Virus record (IMG/VR): IMGVR_UViG_3300005529_000029
Span: 1 to 64,000 of that record
Direction: 5' to 3' (one strand)
Length of the DNA stretch: 64,000 nt
Source of the DNA: a virus
The number at the start of each line of letters is the position of its first letter. The stretch's first letter is position 1. The notes beneath the pieces were generated by a model that was not told the DNA's origin, searched no databases, and saw only the letters and a list, made by a program, of their open reading frames with translations. The position numbers were made by a program, and so were the translations under genes. This document shows, piece by piece, positions 21,088 through 30,730 of the stretch.

Positions 21088-21840
21088 TTAGAATATGAAC
21101 GAGTCTGAAGTCTGACGACCACCAAGATCGGCAATCGCATCAGCATTCAGTCCGGTTATAGCCGCGGTAGCAAACTCACCACCTATCCAAACTTCAGTAG
21201 TCAGTTCACCGAGAATTTCAGTAAGTACGGTATTACCCTGAGTGATCAGGTTATTAGCATCAGAGATCGAGTCAGCTCTCAGAATGCCAATCGCCTTTGC
21301 TGTACCGTCCGTCTTCGCTCGACAGGTATTTGTGAGAGGCGGTTCAACGGCGGCAAGAGCTGCAGTAAGATCAGCCGCATCAAAGACGAACGCAGAACCG
21401 TCGTTATTTTTGAATAGTCTGAGCACTGGTGATCCGACAAGAGCCGTGATATACCAGTTAACTGATGTCGCTCCTGTTGGAAGCGGCGTAACTGCACTCA
21501 CAGAACCCTTATGCAAGCTATCACCAGGGGACCATTGCACGACCGGCGATAAAGTTGTCTCACCATTGGCATTCACAAAGGTATAGCCAATTGTATAGTT
21601 GCCAGCCGGTACAGTACCTGCTGCGCCATTAGCGACGACTGGGGCAGCAGCAGGAACGGCAACGCGAGTACTATCAAAAGTAGTGAGTTGCTTGTTGGAT
21701 GTTAAGGCAGCGACGACGGTGCCTTTTGCGAGAGTCGAATTAGCCTGCATCGGATAAGGAGCAAGAGACGGCCTCTTGATATTTTCCCGAATCGGCTCCA
21801 GGACATCGATCGAATATTGTCTGACAACATTCTGAGTCAT
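21088..21840 (-). CDS. Head decoration protein with Ig-like insertion
   Basis: LAKGTVV...DGTAKAIGIL...GGEF lambda D-like motifs. Confidence 0.7.
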   Translation of the reverse strand: MTQNVVRQYSIDVLEPIRENIKRPSLAPYPMQANSTLAKGTVVAALTSNKQLTTFDSTRVAVPAAAPVVANGAAGTVPAGNYTIGYTFVNANGETTLSPVVQWSPGDSLHKGSVSAVTPLPTGATSVNWYITALVGSPVLRLFKNNDGSAFVFDAADLTAALAAVEPPLTNTCRAKTDGTAKAIGILRADSISDANNLITQGNTVLTEILGELTTEVWIGGEFATAAITGLNADAIADLGGRQTSDSFIF

Positions 21841-21846
21841 TATGGA

Positions 21847-23532
21847 TTACTCCTTTTCGTTTGATGGAACCGACCGGAGGCCGGCTTTATTACGCTGTTG
21901 CTGAGCTCGAGCGTAAATGGTTGACCCGCCAGGGGTGAGCGAGTGAAGATGAGCTATTCGCTCCTCGTCAATTTCTTCAGAAGTGTCTGCACTCGAGAGT
22001 TTTTCATGCTTCTTCGGATCAAAACTCTGGTCCGTCAGACCATGTTTTGGTGCAGATTCGAATGCGGCTTTAAGAACGTCGACGCGCTTGCCTTCAGGAA
22101 GAGGCATTAACTCATCGGCGGCGGCGGCAAAGAAATAACTCTGTGCAACTGGGCCAAGATCTGCAAAGTTCTCTGCCTTCTTATCGCCTCGATCGCCACG
22201 TGCATCCTGGGCTGGGAAAATCTTCTGAGCATGGATCAAATCTTCTGCCCATCGATCTGCCTCAGAGATAAATCGCTTCTCAGTATCAGCCGAGAGAACT
22301 GGCTTGCGCTTGAGTTGCGCATTTTCTTTTTCGAGTTCTACAACTCGCAAGTTCGCCAAATTAGCGCTGGCGGTAAGTTCGGCAATCTTCTTATCCTTCT
22401 CTGCCGATTCTGCTGAAGGCGCATTCACTATTTCAGTTGCCGCGGCCTCACCTGATGCTATTTGATCCACATCATCAAAATTCTTGAGATAGGCCATCAA
22501 CCTTTCCCACTTTGAGGGCTTAGATTCTTTTGTCATTGTTTTGACTCCTTTACGATTTGCATTCCCCTTCTCAGTATTGACAGCAACCGAACTAGATTCA
22601 GGATGGTCAGAACTTTTTACAGTTGGCACACTTGAATGCCTGATTGAATAAGTAGGTTTACTTGACGTATCTGAATTCTTGGCTTTATCGATTAACTCGT
22701 CCAGAAGAGTTTCAAAGGATCCAAGTCGATCAGCCATTCCTGCATTAATAGCTTCTTGGCCGACCTTCAGGCCGCCACCGCCAAAGTTATCGATTACGTC
22801 TTCAGAAGAGACTCCACGATTCTTGGCCACCGTATCGACAAATACCTGTGCCATTGAATCAGCAAGTTCCTGCCAGGCCTTACGTCCCTTTTCTGAATCC
22901 GGAGTTAGTCTCTTATTTGGTGATTGACTGGAAATTATTTCCTTGCGCTGGATACCATTTGCAGCATCACGTTTCTTCGTATCTGTATAGAGTAATGCCA
23001 CACCAATTGAGCCAAGTAATGCTGTGTCATTCGTGATAATCTCGCTTGCTGCGCTGGCAATCCAATACGCGGCAGAAGCTGCCATTCCATCAATATAGGC
23101 ATAGACTGGTTTTGAACCGCGAGTGTCATAAACCATCTTGGCAAATTCGCTAATGCCATTTGCCTCACCACCTGGAGAATCAAAACTAATCAGAATACAT
23201 TTGCACTCTTCATCATCTACAAGTGCTTTATAATCTTCAGCGATCTTTTGGAGCGATGTCATCCCACTGATTTCATCAAACATATCCGCCCGACGAACGA
23301 TTGGGCCATTGATCGACATCACACCAACACCATCGATGATAGACGCTTTGCCATCCCCAACAGGCTTTCCAGATCGAAGCGCTATCGCGGCAGGTTTCGA
23401 GTCTCGTAACTCTTTAATCCGCTTTGCTTCATCAAGATCGAAGTTTTCACGAGTCGCAATATCACGAATCAGAGTCAAATATGGCTCGTAAATTAACCAG
23501 GGTGTATTGTCGATAAGTTCTAAAACTTTCAT
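21847..23532 (-). CDS. S49 prohead protease with C-terminal scaffold region
   Basis: DSPGG, AASAAYWIASA, GSIGV, GMADRLG motifs. Confidence 0.92.
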   Translation of the reverse strand: MKVLELIDNTPWLIYEPYLTLIRDIATRENFDLDEAKRIKELRDSKPAAIALRSGKPVGDGKASIIDGVGVMSINGPIVRRADMFDEISGMTSLQKIAEDYKALVDDEECKCILISFDSPGGEANGISEFAKMVYDTRGSKPVYAYIDGMAASAAYWIASAASEIITNDTALLGSIGVALLYTDTKKRDAANGIQRKEIISSQSPNKRLTPDSEKGRKAWQELADSMAQVFVDTVAKNRGVSSEDVIDNFGGGGLKVGQEAINAGMADRLGSFETLLDELIDKAKNSDTSSKPTYSIRHSSVPTVKSSDHPESSSVAVNTEKGNANRKGVKTMTKESKPSKWERLMAYLKNFDDVDQIASGEAAATEIVNAPSAESAEKDKKIAELTASANLANLRVVELEKENAQLKRKPVLSADTEKRFISEADRWAEDLIHAQKIFPAQDARGDRGDKKAENFADLGPVAQSYFFAAAADELMPLPEGKRVDVLKAAFESAPKHGLTDQSFDPKKHEKLSSADTSEEIDEERIAHLHSLTPGGSTIYARAQQQRNKAGLRSVPSNEKE

Positions 23533-25007
23533 GCGGCAATCTCCCCTTCATCTGAATTTGGCGACTTCTGCGGGCTTGGAGTTTCAGCAGGATTTTGATT
23601 TTGAGTTGTAGTTTCTTGAATCGTGATACTGGCTGGTTTACGATCAGTCAGATCGCGCGGCTCAAGACCCATCTTGGCATCGAGTTCTGGTAACTGAGCT
23701 TCATCAACTGCACCCTGTCCAACAAGTTGCGCTACACCCTGAGCAATCTCATTGAAGTTCGGAATTGGCTTATCACCTAATGAACATTGAGGAAGGAACT
23801 CTTCGGCAACTGCATCCCCAAAGTTGTAAGCAACAGCAGGTCTAAAGATCGCCTGTTGAATCATCATTCCAATGGTTATCTTCAACCACCAGATTGCCAG
23901 CTCCCATATTGAAAGGTGTGTCTGTGAAGCTGCTCGAGCCTGACTTCGGCCTTCACGATTCGCAAGAGTCACGAACATAATTGCTTTCGCAATTTGCTCT
24001 GACACAAGATTCATTAGTGAGGTAAATACTTGTCCATCGTGCTTACTCTCAAGGAATTTGGCATCTGTTCCATGTGGAACTGCAAGAACCCTCGAGTTAG
24101 CCATCTGCATACCAGCAGAGGCGAGTTGCTGCTCAGGCGTCTGTACGATTGGAGTTATGCCATCAGCAGCATAGACAATATCGCCGTTCTGATTTCGTAA
24201 CTCGACATCAAGAGCATCCTGCGCGGCAACTAGGATTAATCCAGGAACTGCAGCAAACTGAGCAAACCGTAAACATTCAGGCCAGATCGAATTTTTGACA
24301 TTCCAGGGATTAAACGCACTTCGAATCTGCGAGCGTCCACGTGGATCATTATTATGAGGCTCAAAAGTAGCGATGAAGAATTTCTCTTTGGGTAATAGCT
24401 GCTGTTTATCGACAAACCCATTACCGAAGACTGGATACATTCCCATTCCTACGCGGAATCCGAGAATGCCTACCAGATTCATAAAAGTGTCGACAACGAA
24501 TGTCACACGTCGACGCTGGATAGGATTGATCGACTTGAGAACCAGCTTTGCCCGATCCGGACCAAAGCGAGGAATTTCCCAGGTAAGCTCAGCCACTTTA
24601 TTGCCATGCGTGAATGCTTCAGTGAGTATCGTTTCGAGGATTGTCACAAATGGTTGCTGAATCCTGGTTAATTGACGCGCACAAAAATCGCTAATCTGTT
24701 GAGCTCTCTTAAACTTCGGATCCTTGCTTCGGAACGTTGGACGGGCCTGAATTCCATCTGCCAGCGCTGTCTGAATCATCAACTTCACAGAGCTGGATAC
24801 ATCCGGATCAGTCATCATCAGGTCATAAACATCACGACCCATTAAGCGAGTCAGTTCATCGGCATTATGAGCGAGAGCTTGAGGAGAGAGATTGATAGAC
24901 GAAAGCATTCCACTCACAACATAGTGCTGTTGTGGATTGGCTTTAGGTGTATTCCCATCGCCAATTCTATTTGGTGGATCCTGCTTCTTTACTGCTCTTT
25001 CAGTCAT
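23529..25007 (-). CDS. Portal protein (DUF935/Mu gp29-like)
   Basis: HGNKVAELTW, NDPRGRS, IAKAI, YNFG motifs; after terminase. Confidence 0.82.
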   Translation of the reverse strand: MTERAVKKQDPPNRIGDGNTPKANPQQHYVVSGMLSSINLSPQALAHNADELTRLMGRDVYDLMMTDPDVSSSVKLMIQTALADGIQARPTFRSKDPKFKRAQQISDFCARQLTRIQQPFVTILETILTEAFTHGNKVAELTWEIPRFGPDRAKLVLKSINPIQRRRVTFVVDTFMNLVGILGFRVGMGMYPVFGNGFVDKQQLLPKEKFFIATFEPHNNDPRGRSQIRSAFNPWNVKNSIWPECLRFAQFAAVPGLILVAAQDALDVELRNQNGDIVYAADGITPIVQTPEQQLASAGMQMANSRVLAVPHGTDAKFLESKHDGQVFTSLMNLVSEQIAKAIMFVTLANREGRSQARAASQTHLSIWELAIWWLKITIGMMIQQAIFRPAVAYNFGDAVAEEFLPQCSLGDKPIPNFNEIAQGVAQLVGQGAVDEAQLPELDAKMGLEPRDLTDRKPASITIQETTTQNQNPAETPSPQKSPNSDEGEIAA

Positions 25008-25018
25008 AAAATGGAAAT

Positions 25019-25044
25019 GGCTCGCTCAAATTAATGAGCGAGCC
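25019..25044 (-). promoter_or_regulatory. 10-bp perfect hairpin 11 nt upstream of the portal start
   Basis: GGCTCGCTCA-6nt-TGAGCGAGCC followed by ATTTCCATTTT-ATG on the minus strand. Confidence 0.6.
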
Positions 25045-25123
25045 GCATCAGTTCTCGCATTGTGACCGATTATGGTCTGCGCCGGATTAAGAAGACCTCA
25101 AGACTCACGATAACTTCCTGTGT

Positions 25124-25153
25124 ACATTTACGGCAAATAACTCTAAATGTCAA
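25124..25153 (-). promoter_or_regulatory. Putative sigma70 promoter for head genes with ACATTTA inverted repeat
   Basis: Minus strand TTGACA-17-TAAATG; ACATTTA-13-TAAATGT. Confidence 0.5.
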
Positions 25154-25376
25154 CAGTATTTTGAGAAATATTTTCAGATTGGGCTTGAACTCCAGGTCTC
25201 CACTTGAGAAAACGTCGGCAGGATGTGCATTGAAATTTGAAGACAGTCCGGATTTTAACGGCGCCAATGATAAGAATTGTCGCTGAGGTAGCTCCAATAA
25301 TCTCACCGCACCGCTTACACTTATAGACTGTGAACTCCATTTCAATCGGTATAGGCATTGGATTAAATGGCACCAT
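25143..25376 (-). CDS. Small zinc-ribbon protein (Mu Com-like)
   Basis: CKRC...CTSC; between terminase and portal. Confidence 0.5.
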   Translation of the reverse strand: MVPFNPMPIPIEMEFTVYKCKRCGEIIGATSATILIIGAVKIRTVFKFQCTSCRRFLKWRPGVQAQSENISQNTVDI

Positions 25377-27015
25377 AGATCTTGAAGTTCTTTAGACTAT
25401 CGCGTTCACCCGCGACCGCTGCACCGCCTGATCGCTTTGATCGCTTCTCAAAATAAGCCTCTGCCTGACTATGAGCATCAACCTGATCGTTATTTGCTCC
25501 ATTAGGAAACATCTCGTGTTCATGAATACACTCTTCAACCCAGGAGTAGAGCTGGGGATGTGGCATAAAGACATCGCCCGCGGCAATCGTATATTCCATC
25601 GCGACAGCGCGATCTTCCTTTGAGCCAAGAGGATCAACTGCCATAATTCCAGTGAGTTTCTTTTTTAAGAGCTGAATAACTGCAACGCCATTCGCGCGTT
25701 CTTCAATCAATTTCACTCTTGCAGTTGGCCATTTCCTCGATGTTTTAACGATGGCTCTGAGAGTTTCAGGTATATCCATTCGTTCGCGAATGACGTCAAG
25801 AAAGAACTTCTGACTTCCCTTACGACCTATCACAAGCCCGACAACGTATGAGGAGTCATTTAGATTCTTGAAAGAACAGTCCCATGTTTGAATGATCTCG
25901 TCAAAGGCAGATGGTAGAGTGATACAGGCATAATCTTTATATGATCCATCTTCCTGTTGAACTTGAATTGATGGCATTGGCTGAGTCCTGGTCGTGTAGT
26001 ATCGCCACCACCATCGCTTGAACATTCCACCGCCAATGGGAACGGGATCCTGTTGAAGCTGTCCAGCAGCGGCAAATGGACCCATCTCTTTCTCAAGAAT
26101 CTTTGCTTCTGCTTCTGGAAATCGTTCTGGCGCTAAAAGCTCACCTTTCTCTGTACGAGGATCACTCCAGCCAATACACGTGACATGCTTCACAGGTTTG
26201 GGTACATATCTAAATGGTAGGCAGAGATGTTCCCAACCACCTTGTTCAAGAACGTAACCCGATAGATCGTTTTGTCGACAGCGCTGCATGATCATTACGT
26301 CAACATCAGTAGCAGGATCGATCTTTCGGCTAACCCAGACCTGGCGGTACCACTGAATAGCACTCTTAATCATCGTGTCATTAAGAGCATCTTTCATATT
26401 ATGAGCATCATCGATCACTCGGCGATTGCCACCTTCGCCAGTTGCCGTTCCACTAACTGATGTCGCGATCCGATAGCCAGCGCGATTGTTCTTATAGTTA
26501 CTCTTAATATTCTGATCACTAACCAGGTGATATAAGTGCCCCCATCGTCTCTGATACCATTCACTCTGGATAACAGCACGACAAGCAATATTGTCCCGAA
26601 GAGTTAGATCGCCAGAATATGCAGCAAAGAGCCAGCGTAAGGTTGGTTCATGGATCCACTCCCAAGCTGGCCAGAGAACCGAAACAATCGATGACTTACC
26701 ATGTCGAACGGGGATATTGATTAAGAGTTTGCGAATCTGGCCTAATCGAATTGCTTCAAGATGTTCACAGATTGCTCCTATATGAATTCCATCTTTAAAT
26801 GGCTGTCCAGGATTAATAATTGGCCATGCTTGTTTGACGAATTCATATAGAGAGACTTCCGCTTTAACTGTGTTCTCCGGATCGGGAGGTTCTGGTCGAG
26901 CAATCGATTTATATTCTTTGATCTGATTAGAATCCTTCAGTGCAAGTTTCTTCGCCTCACGCTGAAGCTTTAAGTCATCAACAAGTTTATTGTATTCCAG
27001 AGTGCCGTGTTCCAT
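25363..27015 (-). CDS. terL: Terminase large subunit
   Basis: INIPVRHGKS Walker A, VIDDAH Walker B, QQDP, WDCS, DQVDA nuclease motifs. Confidence 0.95.
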   Translation of the reverse strand: MEHGTLEYNKLVDDLKLQREAKKLALKDSNQIKEYKSIARPEPPDPENTVKAEVSLYEFVKQAWPIINPGQPFKDGIHIGAICEHLEAIRLGQIRKLLINIPVRHGKSSIVSVLWPAWEWIHEPTLRWLFAAYSGDLTLRDNIACRAVIQSEWYQRRWGHLYHLVSDQNIKSNYKNNRAGYRIATSVSGTATGEGGNRRVIDDAHNMKDALNDTMIKSAIQWYRQVWVSRKIDPATDVDVMIMQRCRQNDLSGYVLEQGGWEHLCLPFRYVPKPVKHVTCIGWSDPRTEKGELLAPERFPEAEAKILEKEMGPFAAAGQLQQDPVPIGGGMFKRWWWRYYTTRTQPMPSIQVQQEDGSYKDYACITLPSAFDEIIQTWDCSFKNLNDSSYVVGLVIGRKGSQKFFLDVIRERMDIPETLRAIVKTSRKWPTARVKLIEERANGVAVIQLLKKKLTGIMAVDPLGSKEDRAVAMEYTIAAGDVFMPHPQLYSWVEECIHEHEMFPNGANNDQVDAHSQAEAYFEKRSKRSGGAAVAGERDSLKNFKIYGAI

Positions 27016-27017
27016 TT

Positions 27018-27662
27018 CTAACCTATGCGCTCAACCATCTCGATCGTTTCTTCTTTGATTTTGGCTTCGATTAGATTGTCAGTATTCGCCTCTGGTAATT
27101 GCTTCTGCTTATTGAATGTCTGCTCTTTAACCAATTCCCAGCGCGCGCGAAGGACATCACCTTTTCCATAGCCGGCATCGATCAATGCTTGTACGGCTAA
27201 TTTCAGTTCGATATTTTGATCCATTAATCGCTTGAGAGCCTCAAGCGCAATATTCACTGCACTCTGATTCTGATCGGCAATAGCCTGTCCATCAGGAGTA
27301 GTCTGGGCAATGAGAGTAGGCTTATCAACTCCAGTGAGTTTTGCTTCTCTTTCATCTAACTTAAGACAGAATTCGGCCGCTTTAAGATCGCCATCCATTG
27401 CCTTTGGAAAGTATCTTTTACGTAACTGATCATAGGAATATAAACGCTTAAGGCGAATCTTCTCAGCATTCTCCATCTGCTGTTCTTTTAAGCGCTTGAA
27501 GAGGATCCTTATATCGGTATTGATAACTGTCAAACTGACCTTGAGAGCTTCTGCGATCTCGCGGGAGTTCATTCCAGCGATAAGAGACTGAGATACCTTT
27601 AGCCGTCTCCCCTCGACGGTTAAGAGTTTGCCAGGCTGTGCTGTTTCAAAAGTACCTATCAT
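27018..27662 (-). CDS. Putative terminase small subunit (HTH)
   Basis: SREIAEALKVS HTH, AMDGDLKAA...REAKLTG, directly upstream of terL. Confidence 0.75.
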   Translation of the reverse strand: MIGTFETAQPGKLLTVEGRRLKVSQSLIAGMNSREIAEALKVSLTVINTDIRILFKRLKEQQMENAEKIRLKRLYSYDQLRKRYFPKAMDGDLKAAEFCLKLDEREAKLTGVDKPTLIAQTTPDGQAIADQNQSAVNIALEALKRLMDQNIELKLAVQALIDAGYGKGDVLRARWELVKEQTFNKQKQLPEANTDNLIEAKIKEETIEMVERIG

Positions 27663-27728
27663 TTATACTTAGCAGTCTTCTTCGGTTTCGCCCATATCAA
27701 AATCATTTGGATATTCTTTATGCATCAC

Positions 27729-28598
27729 TTAAGCCTTCGCTTTCTTTGGCTCTAACTGATTCACAAAACCAAGCTGATCAAGCTGGGTATGAATCTGTAA
27801 CCAGTCCTCTTTGGAGTCTGGCATTCGGTTATGCGTCTCAAGGAACTCGCAATAGAGATGCGTTACATAGACCATGGCCATAAAGGCAGTCGAGGTATTG
27901 ATGATCCGCATTGAATCCTTGGCTTCGATAATAGCTTTCGCAATTTCTGGAAACTGCTCTTTGGCTCCAATCAGATGTAACTTGGATCCATTGGTAATCT
28001 CCTTTAGGCAGCTCTTTAGAGACTCCAATTCCTTCGGCAGAAATAGCAGGTCAATCGACTGCATAACTAATGCTTGATCAGAGAACGCTTTGAGGTCGAT
28101 TGGTTTGAAAGCCTCAAAATAAGTGTCATCAATTCCGGCATATTGCTTGAGAGCAATGTCCTCAATCTCTTCCCAGATTTTCTTGAGCTGGCCAGGATCA
28201 TCTTCACCGACGATCGAGTTATGCGAGATACGAATAGCAATCTGTTGCTGTCGGGAAAGGTTTCTATTGGTATAGATATAGAAGTGGTACTTCTCTCCCG
28301 CTTCATGGCCTGCTCGAATGCGATGGTGTCCACTAAGGACATAGATTTTGTTATCTTTATCGATCCAGCAAAGCGGCCAGGATGATGACGCTCCATCGGC
28401 TTTGATATTCGCTACGAGTTGCTGAAATTGCTGCTTCTTCATGAAACGTGGGTTATCTTCAGCAAAGATAAACTCCTCGAACGTGCCTACACCTAATCGA
28501 AAAGGTTTTTGGTACTTTTCGAATGTAATATTAAGAGGAATCAGGCTACTTTTGAATTCGCTGAGCTCGGTGTCTTGCTCGCCCATTTTGACCACCAT
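27729..28598 (-). CDS. ParB/Srx-like protein
   Basis: NPRFM...LVANIKADG...VLSGHHRIRA...HNSIVGEDD. Confidence 0.8.
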   Translation of the reverse strand: MVVKMGEQDTELSEFKSSLIPLNITFEKYQKPFRLGVGTFEEFIFAEDNPRFMKKQQFQQLVANIKADGASSSWPLCWIDKDNKIYVLSGHHRIRAGHEAGEKYHFYIYTNRNLSRQQQIAIRISHNSIVGEDDPGQLKKIWEEIEDIALKQYAGIDDTYFEAFKPIDLKAFSDQALVMQSIDLLFLPKELESLKSCLKEITNGSKLHLIGAKEQFPEIAKAIIEAKDSMRIINTSTAFMAMVYVTHLYCEFLETHNRMPDSKEDWLQIHTQLDQLGFVNQLEPKKAKA

Positions 28599-29173
28599 TC
28601 TTGATAAAACTGCTTCATTCCCTTATTTGGCCAATCGGCATAATAAGTGAGAGCACCTACTTCCCTTTTGATGCACTCCATATAACTTCGATATTTCATT
28701 GATGATTGGCGATGTGTCCAGGCGGTTGTGATTACACCAACCGATTTTAGAAGGTTTGTCTTCTCCAACTCAGCGCGCATTTCATTGCTGAGAGCAATCA
28801 TCGCGATTAACTTTGAGGCTAGTTCATGTGGTTTTGGCTCGATCGGAAAGTCTGATAGCAGATACCAGATTCGTTTATTAATGAAGTCATGACGAATCCG
28901 GCTCATCTCAATAAAGCCAAGAACTTTTCCATCGGCGAGAACGGCAAATCCTTGCTCGGCTGAGCAGAAGTCTATGTGCCTGGCAAGGAAGAGTCCCTTG
29001 TAATACTGAACATCTGCAGTACTAAAGACACCAGTGGGATGTGAGTTTTGAAGGATTAACTTCTCAAGAGAAAAGTCGCCTGAACTGCCAATGATGATTT
29101 GCTTGTCATTAAAGACTGAGGCATTCTTGGCAATAAAACTTCTGATATTCGCATTAATCGAGCTTGCAAACAT
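28541..29173 (-). CDS. ParB-associated DNA modification protein (methyltransferase-like N-terminus plus GNAT-like C-terminus), apparently shortened
   Basis: MFASSI...GSSGDFSLEK and YLLSDFP...SKLIAM...TTAWT...SMKYR motifs recalled from longer phage homologues. Confidence 0.5.
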   Translation of the reverse strand: MFASSINANIRSFIAKNASVFNDKQIIIGSSGDFSLEKLILQNSHPTGVFSTADVQYYKGLFLARHIDFCSAEQGFAVLADGKVLGFIEMSRIRHDFINKRIWYLLSDFPIEPKPHELASKLIAMIALSNEMRAELEKTNLLKSVGVITTAWTHRQSSMKYRSYMECIKREVGALTYYADWPNKGMKQFYQEWWSKWASKTPSSANSKVA

Positions 29174-29176
29174 TAC

Positions 29177-29563
29177 CTAATCATCGAACTTCGGTTTGTG
29201 GACTGGATAAATATGTCTCTTCTGATGACGCGGATAATCGCGCTTTAGATCTTCGATCTCTTGTTCCAGGGCCTTGATCTTCGCATCATCTCTTATGGAT
29301 TTAATTAATAAGTCCTGAGCTCTCTGACGTTCTACCCGCTTCTCGTATCGGGACTTAATTAAAAGAAAGACGCCGGCAATGATTCCACCGAGGATCGTAT
29401 TTAGGATTGTAATCAACCCGCGTTCAGTATCTCCGGAAAGAAGAAAAATAAGCGGTTTCCCCAGCTCACCAACAACTACGAAGAGAATCCAGGCGATGAA
29501 GGCGTCAAGTAGTGCTCGCATAGTTATTGGCGTCCTCTCTTGGCTAAATTGATTCTCAGGCAT
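29177..29563 (-). CDS. Two-TM membrane protein (holin candidate)
   Basis: Two hydrophobic segments, charged C-terminus, lysis region, GGAGG RBS. Confidence 0.5.
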   Translation of the reverse strand: MPENQFSQERTPITMRALLDAFIAWILFVVVGELGKPLIFLLSGDTERGLITILNTILGGIIAGVFLLIKSRYEKRVERQRAQDLLIKSIRDDAKIKALEQEIEDLKRDYPRHQKRHIYPVHKPKFDD

Positions 29564-29613
29564 TATGGACCTCCGTGCGGTCTTTCCAGGATTGCCCTCG
29601 ATATTCTTATTAC

Positions 29614-29868
29614 TTATGCTTCCGGTTCAGGTTGAATAATTGTCTCAGGGTGAGATTCTTCGATCACTGGCGCTGGACTGGACATAGAGTTGAGAATCTT
29701 TGCCTCGGCATCGATGACCGATTTACCGAGCGAAAGCAATTCTTCTCTTGTCTGTCCTGTATGATCAAGAAGACGTTCCCAGATTTGCTCTAGTTTAACA
29801 CCATCTTCATGGCTTTCTTCTAACCATTTCACCACCGCGGAAGAGTCGATTTGAAAATGTCCTGACAT
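29614..29868 (-). CDS. Hypothetical protein
   Basis: AAGGAG RBS, in operon. Confidence 0.55.
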   Translation of the reverse strand: MSGHFQIDSSAVVKWLEESHEDGVKLEQIWERLLDHTGQTREELLSLGKSVIDAEAKILNSMSSPAPVIEESHPETIIQPEPEA

Positions 29869-29943
29869 TGGTATTCTCCTTTTTAGAAAGGTGGGTGCAG
29901 GTTTTTAATCTGCACCCATTAGGTGCTCGTGCAGGGAAAAGAT

Positions 29944-30345
29944 TTAACTGACCTTTGGAGCCACTTGCTGTGACTGTAGTGCCTTCTGAAGATCAGTAAC
30001 GGCACTCGTCAGTCGACTCAGAGTATCATTGATACTGGATGACGGCTGCTGGTTCGAACCCCCATGATGTGTTCCACAAGTCGCACAGGCTCGATCATCA
30101 GAATGACGTACCAGATTCTGTGAGGATACAGTGATCGCTCCCGCAATGCCCGCCGTCGCCGTGGCCAGGATAACTTTCAGCGCATTATCGAAATCCAGTG
30201 ATGAGTTATTCACCCGGTTGGATAACTTCATCCCATCGATGCCCTGTTGTCGGCCATCGATATTATTCTCAAGAAACCTCTCTTGGGTTTCATCATCTTC
30301 GGCATTTGCCGCGGCTGTGGCATTTCCTATAACTCCATCTGACAT
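29944..30345 (-). CDS. Hypothetical protein
   Basis: AAGGAG RBS; followed by hairpin at 29892-29919. Confidence 0.6.
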   Translation of the reverse strand: MSDGVIGNATAAANAEDDETQERFLENNIDGRQQGIDGMKLSNRVNNSSLDFDNALKVILATATAGIAGAITVSSQNLVRHSDDRACATCGTHHGGSNQQPSSSINDTLSRLTSAVTDLQKALQSQQVAPKVS

Positions 30346-30496
30346 AATTAGCTCCTTTTAAACTTAACTTGGAAAACGTGAACGAACTTTGAAACTCAAC
30401 GCTGTCATTGCCATAGCGGGCAAACTCACACCGATTTGGAAATTATCCAGCAGAATTCGAGTTAATAGTTTCCACCAAGTAATGACAGCGAAACTC

Positions 30497-30730
30497 TTAT
30501 TGATTGGCTGCGATATTCGCTGCGATCTCTGCCTGATTTGCAATAAACGCCTTATGATCATCAGATAGATTGCCAAAGAACTGATTAACAATATCGGCCC
30601 AACTCATCTCAGGATTCTGAGACTTAAAGTGATTAATCAAGGCCGCAATACCACCAATGATGACGGGTGAATTCTGAAGAATCTCGAGGGTGATAGCCTC
30701 TCCAACTGGCATAGGTATATTAGAACTCAT
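30497..30730 (-). CDS. Hypothetical lysis-module protein
   Basis: Coupled to upstream gene. Confidence 0.5.
   Translation of the reverse strand: MSSNIPMPVGEAITLEILQNSPVIIGGIAALINHFKSQNPEMSWADIVNQFFGNLSDDHKAFIANQAEIAANIAANQ

Noticed and set aside
28025-28043. Partial match of spacer 1 (CCAATTCCTT) inside the ParB-like gene, suggesting self-targeting
   Set aside because: Only 10 nt exact and gaps are needed beyond that; expected by chance in 64 kb. No full protospacer was seen by eye in the window.
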